The notes under the pieces are model-generated. The model saw only the letters and a list, made by a program, of their open reading frames with translations, was not told where the DNA came from and searched no databases. From positions 15,333 to 79,332 of the forward strand of contig CAKORX010000006.1 in the NCBI GenBank assembly GCA_934101645.1: DNA of 64,000 nucleotides. Reading direction: 5' to 3'. Shown in pieces: positions 48,201-55,097 of the stretch (its first letter is position 1; each line of letters opens with the position of its first letter). The position numbers were made by a program, and so were the translations under genes. This DNA comes from an uncultured Bacilli bacterium (GTDB lineage Bacteria; Bacillota_I; Bacilli_A; RF39; UBA660).

Positions 48201-50192
48201 AAAAATTTTTCTAAAAAAGCTGAATCAAGGGCAGCTATGCTAAAACTAGCTTATTCATTTGGAGCTTTTGATCAAGACCAAAGAGGCCTAAAAAAAGTAC
48301 AAGATTTATTAACCGGTTTACCTAAAAAGATTGATGCTGATAATGGATTTATTATAGATCAAATTGATTATCAAATAAATCTTTATAGTCAAAAAAATGT
48401 TTTCTATTATAATGAATCAAATAATAGTATTCTATTGCCTGAAGAAAAGGAAAAAGCATATCAACAAATGATTGAATATATAAAGAAACATGATTTTACT
48501 GATTTAATTGATACAGATACTTTACTTAATTTACTTGAATCATTAAGAAAAGAAAATGTTACAATTGATTTCTCTAAGCCAATATTTGCACAGCTTTATA
48601 ATAAAAATGAAGATGGTTCATATTCTTTAAAAATTAATCCTCAAATTTGTCAAAAATCGGCTCAAATTATTAGGGGTATTTTAGAAAAATTTTGGACATT
48701 ACCAATGTTGACACCTGATAAAGCACATCAATTATTTGGTGGATTTTCCTTAACTTATGATCCTGATTTTAGAGAGTTTTTACTTGCCAATTTAGATACA
48801 ATTTTACATGATTCACAACAATATACTGGTCTAGTTTCTAGTGTTCAAAGACAATTTAAAGATATTAAAACAATAAATAGTAATAGATTTTTAACCTGGG
48901 ATTTAGCAATAAGTTTTGTTCAAAAAAATAAATATGAATCAGTTAATGTAGGTAATGAACGAGTTGCTGAAGTATCCGCTATTGCTGGATATAGTCAAAA
49001 TGATTTTAATGTATTACAACAAATTTATAATTATGGTAAACAAAGAACATTTAGTAGTATTCCAAGAATTGAAAATAAAGTAGAAAAAACAAGTGGCAAA
49101 TATACTTATCAAATTTTAAGATTGGATGATCCTTATGCTATGGCAATTGGTACTTTAACAGATTGTTGCCAGGAATTAAATAATTGTGCTGAAGTTTGTA
49201 TGGAGCACAGCATGGTTGATAAAAATGGTCGTATATTTCTTATTAGGGATGAAAATGGTAAAGAAGTTGCACAAAGCTGGGTATGGAGAAACAAAGATGT
49301 GCTATGTTTTGATAATATAGAAATACCAAACAGGACCTTTGATAGAATTGATAAAGAACATCCAGAATTGGGCAGGAAAGGGTTTACTGATGAAATTTTT
49401 GCAATATACAAACAAGCAGCACATGATTTAATAGAAGAAGATGAAAAAGTATATAAAGAGCTATTAAAAAGTGGAAAAATTACGAAAGAACAATATGATG
49501 GTTTAAGATTAGGAAAAATAACTGTTGGATTGGGATACAATGATATAGCGGAATCATTAAAGCAAAACGCAGTAGTTGATGATGGAAACTTATCAAGACC
49601 ATTACCATTTAAAGAACCCGTAAAATTAACACAACGACTATATACAAATGACTCTACGACACAATATATTTTAGAAAAAAGAAATGATAGAAAAGAATTT
49701 AATGGGGAAACGCTTTCTGTGCATAGTGACACTTATACTGAGTATACTGATACAAATTTTACACCACAATTTTTAGACTTTCTAATAAAATTGGAAGCTG
49801 TTACTAAAAATAATTCAAGAGATTTAGGCGTTTCTGCTAGTTATTATAAAGATTCACAACATCTTGTTAGTGACATAGCAATAAGTTATGGATTAAATCC
49901 TAAAACAACAAAAATAATAATGAATCCCAATTTTGCAATTATTTATGATATTAATGGTAATAAACTCAAAATTGGAGATTTATTATTTAACACTAGAGTA
50001 GATAATAAAGAACAACAAATGGACATTGAAAATAATGTTGTTATGCAAATAAGGTTAGCTTTAAATCAGATTTCAAATGGAAATGAAATAGATATATCCG
50101 ATTTAGATGAAAATCAAAAGATAATGTATGAAAAAGCTATAAGTCTAACTGATGAACTAGATAATGAAAGAGGTGTTGGCCATGGAAGATAA
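45270..50192 (+). CDS. 1640-aa modular repeat protein of unknown function (element 2 cargo)
   Basis: Uninterrupted ORF with RBS GGTGGTG. It has internal modules of about 150 aa and a C-terminal Cys/His-rich segment. I could find no signal peptide, TM helix or Walker motif. Confidence 0.7.
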   Translation: MNEKMTLEQFQQIKNQLISLANEATYDDPDIEQRIVEQYLKIQNQLLEYDLSDIPFEAWDGVTIVSDKDHVVDFSKTKANIDFDLISYYGYGNFRGCNIKNLNLLGSYLNPSEFDEETIKANSTLFLSDIFNEEFKRKYYSRTLNISDLTSLTSQQLDELMQKNILLHINQQERTSVLIDTIGIDKAIKFYKNFPKEYENVNKIVQLHNDFSGFIRESSNIPTFDEFLQQIKTADISKLKDICFSYARRQIINSNIKIMKNEYPEAFIQENSDIFLINTNIPQDVKQRYFNRSLLIQDLLDYPDVFSNISIDYFMDFSNNISQFFRDTFGIGTFQELIKKHPDVFNHILQENHIYEFSHFLKPGKDADTTFTNAVKDYFFSYCNPEQFFAYEDQMPNDNLKWLSSMKFKFVNKLKTKEDLLQCDNSVLIFDYKQRKVLAGLGIDNVKKFEQDTGFFTHKEFEWSEDLNMLNFCFSYYEELYLIFKNGSLSYDEFLNKFAEYLNEVRKHNGFSLHQSYDWIQGEFRENHPEIFMDSNLPKELREAFYKNKLTSTFIYEHQDYIKYLVNRDLLSTINVDMKLFAPGEADENGFVFPSYKNFVKEYISRYGNEKFLQLCVKYDGILSDIEVNNSNDEIEDEQAIEQSLRNSIYEKILEGGIDYSFLSSNQDFIIEHPEIFINLDSLSNIPQTVKNVILKNFYSGSLNFNIIKIYPELVDVLKDKNLFVAFNRIDGRHYNERIYIGQTYEEKYSDLELLQVFGNEKFLQLCAKYGRYMDGVTQHFSKNVTIKNGKYIDIRQGNKELNFEDISKIIEDIIILECKKGNIEYRPDDVPEFLKEKSPELFLEENAPDDLKKHFYNSSAGSYPLTFELLQKNKDWLPFLKGKALATSLIRGEEYKYQLRQYFELFGEEKAIKLGISKPETIKEMLVDNQIELMKRWYDKTGGKFIPDYVVMQNFPLEEADKFLSSGANWSSLMKIKNFSKKAESRAAMLKLAYSFGAFDQDQRGLKKVQDLLTGLPKKIDADNGFIIDQIDYQINLYSQKNVFYYNESNNSILLPEEKEKAYQQMIEYIKKHDFTDLIDTDTLLNLLESLRKENVTIDFSKPIFAQLYNKNEDGSYSLKINPQICQKSAQIIRGILEKFWTLPMLTPDKAHQLFGGFSLTYDPDFREFLLANLDTILHDSQQYTGLVSSVQRQFKDIKTINSNRFLTWDLAISFVQKNKYESVNVGNERVAEVSAIAGYSQNDFNVLQQIYNYGKQRTFSSIPRIENKVEKTSGKYTYQILRLDDPYAMAIGTLTDCCQELNNCAEVCMEHSMVDKNGRIFLIRDENGKEVAQSWVWRNKDVLCFDNIEIPNRTFDRIDKEHPELGRKGFTDEIFAIYKQAAHDLIEEDEKVYKELLKSGKITKEQYDGLRLGKITVGLGYNDIAESLKQNAVVDDGNLSRPLPFKEPVKLTQRLYTNDSTTQYILEKRNDRKEFNGETLSVHSDTYTEYTDTNFTPQFLDFLIKLEAVTKNNSRDLGVSASYYKDSQHLVSDIAISYGLNPKTTKIIMNPNFAIIYDINGNKLKIGDLLFNTRVDNKEQQMDIENNVVMQIRLALNQISNGNEIDISDLDENQKIMYEKAISLTDELDNERGVGHGR

Positions 50193-51192
50193 AGATATTA
50201 GCAAAATAATAACAAATGCTTTACAAGTTAATAAAGATAAATTAAGTGAAAATATAAAGTCAATAATTATGCAAATGAAAAAAGCTTTTGAAAGCAATAA
50301 GAAAATTATTGAACAGGCAAATTCTATTGATCAAAAAAATAATAATGGCTTTATTTTAGACTTTAATGTTATTGATAATATATTTTCTAATTTAGAAAAA
50401 GAAATTAGTATAATTTATGGTGATGTTATTCTTTCTCAAAAAGATGAAAATAAAAATATTATATATGGAACTCAAATAATGGATTATGGAAATGTAATTG
50501 TTATTACTGATGGTAATCCATATATTACTATTGAAATGGCCATTAGAAATATAATGGCTGGTAATACAACAATTTTTGCAAACGAAGGTTTTATGTTTGG
50601 CACTAATCAATTATTAATTCAAATAATGCAAAGTGTTTTAGAAATATATAGTTTATCTAAAAATTTAATTCAAATGTATGTATCTGAAAGTTTTGACGAG
50701 GTATTAGCAAATTTTTCTAATATCGATTTAGTAGTTTGTATAGGTAATCGTAGTTTACAAAATCTGATTTTAAATAAATCCAAAAACAAAACTATTGTTA
50801 GTGGGTATGAAAATTTTGATTTGTATATTGAGGATGCAACTCATATAGAATTTCTTAATAAAATGCTTGATACTGGACTAAATATTCAAGTATATATAAA
50901 TAGTGATATTAATTTAGATTATCATAATGCTATAATAGTTAGTGATATCGAAGAAGCAATTGCTCAAATTAATTACAATGGAAGTAGATATAGTTCTGCT
51001 ATATTTACTGCTGAAACAAAAAATGCTTCTAAATTTATTAAAGAAGTAAAATCAAAAATAGTAACAGTTAATACTAGTCCCACTATAGAAAGAATAATTG
51101 ACATAAATCAAACGGACTTAATAAATAAAAAAACTATAATATATCCATTCAGCTTTAAATTAGCTGGTAATAATGAAAAAATACAATTATAG
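50182..51192 (+). CDS. ProA-like (gamma-glutamyl phosphate reductase / ALDH-fold) protein, probably non-catalytic
   Basis: ATG at 50182 lies 7 nt after AGAGGTG and overlaps the stop of the giant ORF by 11 nt. Collinear resemblance to ProA blocks (IIEQANSID..NNG; NVIVITDGNPYITIEMAIRNIMAGNTTIF; IDLVVCIGNRSL; INYNGSRYSSAIFTAETKNASKFIKEVKSKIVTVNTSP). No counterpart of the catalytic-Cys segment. Confidence 0.45.
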   Translation: MEDKDISKIITNALQVNKDKLSENIKSIIMQMKKAFESNKKIIEQANSIDQKNNNGFILDFNVIDNIFSNLEKEISIIYGDVILSQKDENKNIIYGTQIMDYGNVIVITDGNPYITIEMAIRNIMAGNTTIFANEGFMFGTNQLLIQIMQSVLEIYSLSKNLIQMYVSESFDEVLANFSNIDLVVCIGNRSLQNLILNKSKNKTIVSGYENFDLYIEDATHIEFLNKMLDTGLNIQVYINSDINLDYHNAIIVSDIEEAIAQINYNGSRYSSAIFTAETKNASKFIKEVKSKIVTVNTSPTIERIIDINQTDLINKKTIIYPFSFKLAGNNEKIQL

Positions 51193-51259
51193 AAAATTCT
51201 AATAAGTAATATGCTTATTAGATTTTTTATTGTTATAATTGGTGTCCACATTACATTCA

Positions 51260-51271
51260 AGCAACTCTTTG
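51260..51271. repeat. 12-bp direct repeat AGCAACTCTTTG at the right junction of element 2
   Basis: Identical to 42378-42389. Confidence 0.75.
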
Positions 51272-51676
51272 TTTCATGCCACCAGATAAAGATGCCGGAT
51301 ATTTATCCATAAAATCTTTTAATCCGTACGTAGTTAGTAAATTTTTTACATATTCAACATTTTCCTTTGTATCTATTTTTTTGATTTTTAAGCCTAAAAT
51401 TGCATTTTCAAATATGTTTAAATAGGGAAGAAGAGCATCTTCTTGAAGCATATATCCTATAATTGGTTTTTCTTTAGAAAAAATCATTTTCCCATTATAA
51501 TTTTCAAGTCCTGCAATAATGTTTAATAATGTTGATTTACCACAACCAGATGAACCGACAATTGCAATAAATTCATTTTCAAACACATCAAAAGAGATAT
51601 CATCTATAGCATTTACTTCACCCTTGGGTGTATTAAATATTTTGTTAATATTTTGTAAACTTAAAAGTGGTTTCAT
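51260..51676 (-). pseudogene. 5' part of the ABC ATPase (Walker A to ABC signature), truncated by element 2
   Basis: MKPLLSLQNINKIF..., Walker A GSSGCGKST, Q-loop, and [10 protein letters not shown] followed by an element-derived TGA. ATG at 51676 follows AGGTGA. Confidence 0.85.
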
Positions 51677-51775
51677 TTTTATCACCTATGATATTTTATT
51701 CAACTAATAAATTATGAACTATTGAAATAGTTTAGAAGTATATTTAAAAAGTTTAATAATTATGTTATATTTATA

Positions 51776-53404
51776 ATGGTGATGATAGTGAAATCGATTT
51801 ATATATTTGGGCATAAAAATCCTGATACGGATTCTGTTTGTAGTGCGATTGCTCTAGCGTATTTAAAAAATGCTCAAAATGTTAATGCAACAGCGAAAGT
51901 TATAGGACAAATTAATAATGGAACAAAATATGTTCTAGATTATTTTAATGTGCCAATTCCTTCATACATAAATGATGTAAAAGTACAAATAAAAGATTTA
52001 AAATATGAAAAAGGTGCTTTTATAAATGAAAAAGCAAGTATTGGTAACACTATCAGGTTTATGCGTCAAAAGGATTTAAATGCAATTCCTATAGTAAATG
52101 ATAAAAATATTTTAACTGGTTACGTAAATTTAAAAGATATAGTAAATTATTTAGCACTTACACCAGAAATTATACTTGATACATCACTTGAAAATATAGT
52201 AACACTACTTGATGCAAAAGTATTATGTAATCCAATAGAAAATATAAAAGGGCATATAAAATATATAACTTGCTCAAATGAAGAATTTAATAAAAATCAA
52301 GATTTAGATTCAGATACTATCTTAGTAGTAGGAGATCGTTATCATATAGTTGAAAGTGCCTTAAATAAAAAAGTTAAGATGATTATTTTAACAAAGAATA
52401 GAACTATTTCTCAAAGGTTAATTAGAAAGGCTCAAAAAAATAATGTTTGTGTTATAAATAGTCCAAATTCTACTGCGTCACTTTGTACATTATTGCCAAA
52501 TACAAATTTTATTAAAAATTTAAATACAAATACAAATAATTTAACGACAGTTAATATTCATAGTTATTATACAGATTTTCTTTCATTATCAAAAAGAATT
52601 AGTTATACAAATTATCCAGTTGTGAAAGATAATAATGAATGTTTGGGCGTAATAAAAGTTACACACATGACAGAATATGAAAAGAAAAGAGTTATTTTAG
52701 TTGATCACAATAACTATTCACAATCAGTTGATGGTCTTGAAGAAGCGGACATACTAGAAATAATTGACCATCATAATTTAGGAGATATTGGTACAAGTGC
52801 TCCAATAACATTTTTATGTAAGCCAGTTGGATGTACTGCTACAATTATATATGAACAATTTAAAAAAGAAAAAATTAAAATTCCTCATGATATAGCGGGA
52901 TTATTACTTTCTGCAGTTATATCTGATACACTTCTTTTTACATCACCAACAACTACAAAAGATGATATTACTGCTGCAAATGAATTAGCAAAAATAGCTA
53001 AAGTTGATATAAATGAATATGGAATAAAAATGCTTAAAGCCGCAAGTTCAATTAAGGGATTAACGATAAGTGAGTTAATTCATCAAGATTTTAAAACATA
53101 TACGATTAATAATAAAAACTATGGTATAGCGGTTATTACTACAATGGATTTTGATGAAATAGAAAAAGATATGGACAAATATATTGCCAAATTAGATGAA
53201 ATGAGTCAAAATAATTTTAAAGCAGTTTTAATATTTATAACAGACATATTAAAAAAAGGAAGTTATGTAATTTATAATGAAAATAGTAAAAATTTAGTTA
53301 AGAATGCTTTCAATTTGAAAGATATAAATGAAGGAGAGTTCTTGCCAGGATTAATATCTAGAAAAAAACAAATACTACCTGCAATAATGAAAGTGGTAGA
53401 TTAA
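51776..53404 (+). CDS. CBS-domain-containing family II (DHH/DHHA2) inorganic pyrophosphatase
   Basis: IFGHKNPDTDSVCSAIALAYL (DHH motif I), DHH (IIDHHNLG), an internal CBS/DRTGG-like insert and a DHHA2 C-terminus. The exact start (ATG 51776 or GTG 51788) is uncertain. Confidence 0.7.
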   Translation: MVMIVKSIYIFGHKNPDTDSVCSAIALAYLKNAQNVNATAKVIGQINNGTKYVLDYFNVPIPSYINDVKVQIKDLKYEKGAFINEKASIGNTIRFMRQKDLNAIPIVNDKNILTGYVNLKDIVNYLALTPEIILDTSLENIVTLLDAKVLCNPIENIKGHIKYITCSNEEFNKNQDLDSDTILVVGDRYHIVESALNKKVKMIILTKNRTISQRLIRKAQKNNVCVINSPNSTASLCTLLPNTNFIKNLNTNTNNLTTVNIHSYYTDFLSLSKRISYTNYPVVKDNNECLGVIKVTHMTEYEKKRVILVDHNNYSQSVDGLEEADILEIIDHHNLGDIGTSAPITFLCKPVGCTATIIYEQFKKEKIKIPHDIAGLLLSAVISDTLLFTSPTTTKDDITAANELAKIAKVDINEYGIKMLKAASSIKGLTISELIHQDFKTYTINNKNYGIAVITTMDFDEIEKDMDKYIAKLDEMSQNNFKAVLIFITDILKKGSYVIYNENSKNLVKNAFNLKDINEGEFLPGLISRKKQILPAIMKVVD

Positions 53405-53466
53405 AAAGTTTATTTTCTAGACTTTTTTTCTCAAATAGACTATACTAAGTTAAGTAGGTGAAATAA

Positions 53467-54345
53467 GTGCACAAGAAAATAATTAATATAGCTATTACGT
53501 TTATAATAATTTTATTAATAATATTGTTACCAGTTTTATTTGGCAAACCTTCTGAAGCAAGTGTTAAATATGGTATTGGTAAAGAACTTGACGAAAATGG
53601 TAATAAAACCGGTTGGTATATATTTTATTTCAAATTAGATGACACAGAAAAATTTAATAGTTTAAAATTTAGTATTAAACAAAAAAATGTTGATATTAAA
53701 AAAATTGAATATGAGTATGGATTCTTTCAAACGGATTATAAAGTATCAACTAAAGAAAATATTTTTATGATAAGTTCAAATACAACTGTAACATCATCTG
53801 ATGGTAAAACTATTTCTTATTTAGATGAAAATGACAAAAAAGTTACTGATAGAGTTATTATTGTAGCAAAATATTATTTAGAATCTAATAGCAAAGATTT
53901 TGATTTTGAAATAACTAATGTTGAACTTAATTTAGTTCAGGCAAATTCTTTTGAACTTACAGTAACACCACAAAAAATAAAGGGTAAAAATACTTATGAT
54001 GAAAATGATATATTTTTAATAGACAAAGATAAATATTTTATTTATGATGTTACTATCAAAAACGTTAGTACAATTAATACGGATACGATTATTTTAAGAG
54101 ATATATTTTCAGATTATTTTAGTGATTTTAGTATTGTAGGAAGTAAAAATTATATTGTTGATGAAAATATTTTATTTTTAAATATTGGTAAATTTAAGAT
54201 TGGTGAAAGTAAAAATTTTAAGATTAAAGCTAGAGTAACCGAACCAAGTGAAAAAAAACTAGGTAATAAGATATGCGTGTTTTCTGTAACTGAAATGTAT
54301 GAGACTTCTTGTGATAGAGCATACGTAAAATTAAATAATGATTGA
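53467..54345 (+). CDS. hypothetical secreted/anchored protein
   Basis: GTG start after AGGTGA, N-terminal TM/signal anchor, and a beta-rich sequence. Confidence 0.4.
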   Translation: MHKKIINIAITFIIILLIILLPVLFGKPSEASVKYGIGKELDENGNKTGWYIFYFKLDDTEKFNSLKFSIKQKNVDIKKIEYEYGFFQTDYKVSTKENIFMISSNTTVTSSDGKTISYLDENDKKVTDRVIIVAKYYLESNSKDFDFEITNVELNLVQANSFELTVTPQKIKGKNTYDENDIFLIDKDKYFIYDVTIKNVSTINTDTIILRDIFSDYFSDFSIVGSKNYIVDENILFLNIGKFKIGESKNFKIKARVTEPSEKKLGNKICVFSVTEMYETSCDRAYVKLNND

Positions 54346-54413
54346 TTCATTATTTTTTTTGTCACTTAAAAGTCATTTTGTTATAATAAAATTATTCTTG
54401 AAAGAAGGAAATT

Positions 54414-55097
54414 ATGGAAATTTTAAGAGTTGAAAATCTAAGTAAAATTTATGGCAAAGGAGTAAATAAAGTTGTTGCTTTAAATGATGTATCATTTACT
54501 GCCCAAAAAGGAGAATTTGTTGCAATTGTTGGAGCAAGTGGCTCAGGTAAATCCACACTTTTACATTTGATTGGTGGAGTAGATAGACCCACAAGTGGAA
54601 AAGTTTTTATAAATGATGAAGATATTTATAAATTAAATAATGATAATTTAGCTATTTTTCGAAGAAGACAAATAGGATTAATATATCAATTTTATAACTT
54701 AATACCAATTTTAAATGTTAAAGAAAATATAGCTTTACCTTTAGAACTTGATGGCAGAAAAGTTAATCCTGATGACGAAAAAGAAATGCTAGAACTTTTA
54801 GGCCTTGAAAATAGAAAAACTCATTTACCTAATGAACTTTCTGGTGGACAACAACAAAGAGTTTCAATAGGAAGAGCTCTTATAACAAGACCAGCTTTAG
54901 TTCTTGCAGATGAACCAACTGGAAACTTGGATTCTAAATCTAGTGATGAAATTGTAAATTTACTAAAAATGTCTAATAAAAAATATAATCAAACAATTAT
55001 TATGATTACGCATAATATGGAAATTGCTAAAATGGCTGACAGAATAATTAAAATTGAAGATGGCAAAATCGTGGGTGACACTAATGAAAGAGCTTAA
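54414..55097 (+). CDS. ABC transporter ATP-binding protein (MacB/FtsE-like)
   Basis: Walker A GASGSGKST, signature LSGGQQQRV and Walker B LVLADEPTGNLD. Confidence 0.85.
   Translation: MEILRVENLSKIYGKGVNKVVALNDVSFTAQKGEFVAIVGASGSGKSTLLHLIGGVDRPTSGKVFINDEDIYKLNNDNLAIFRRRQIGLIYQFYNLIPILNVKENIALPLELDGRKVNPDDEKEMLELLGLENRKTHLPNELSGGQQQRVSIGRALITRPALVLADEPTGNLDSKSSDEIVNLLKMSNKKYNQTIIMITHNMEIAKMADRIIKIEDGKIVGDTNERA

Larger units (their letters stand above)
42390..51259. mobile_element. integrated element 2 (about 8.9 kb, serine-recombinase type) inserted in the ABC ATPase gene
   Basis: Flanked by the 12-bp direct repeat. An imperfect 18-nt terminal inverted repeat matches at 13 of 18 positions (42388-42405 TGAATGAGATAAAGACAC; reverse complement of 51242-51259 TGAATGTAATGTGGACAC). 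Removing the element restores ...[27 protein letters not shown]... Confidence 0.85.

Noticed and set aside
49133-49732. 199-aa minus-strand ORF inside the giant gene
   Set aside because: It is a shadow ORF. It has Ser/Phe/Leu-rich junk composition and no RBS, and the sense frame is continuous for 1640 codons.
36181-51259. Interpreting the two insertions as prophages
   Set aside because: Neither has terminase, portal, capsid, tail or lysis genes. They are better described as small serine-recombinase integrative elements or remnants.
36001-51685. Skin-like developmentally excised intervening elements that restore a sporulation gene
   Set aside because: The idea is tempting because the host looks like a spore former and the interruptions restore perfect ORFs. 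However, the interrupted genes encode an ordinary ABC importer, element 1's recombinase may be defective, and nothing in the sequence ties excision to development. I kept it only as a remote possibility within the main finding.
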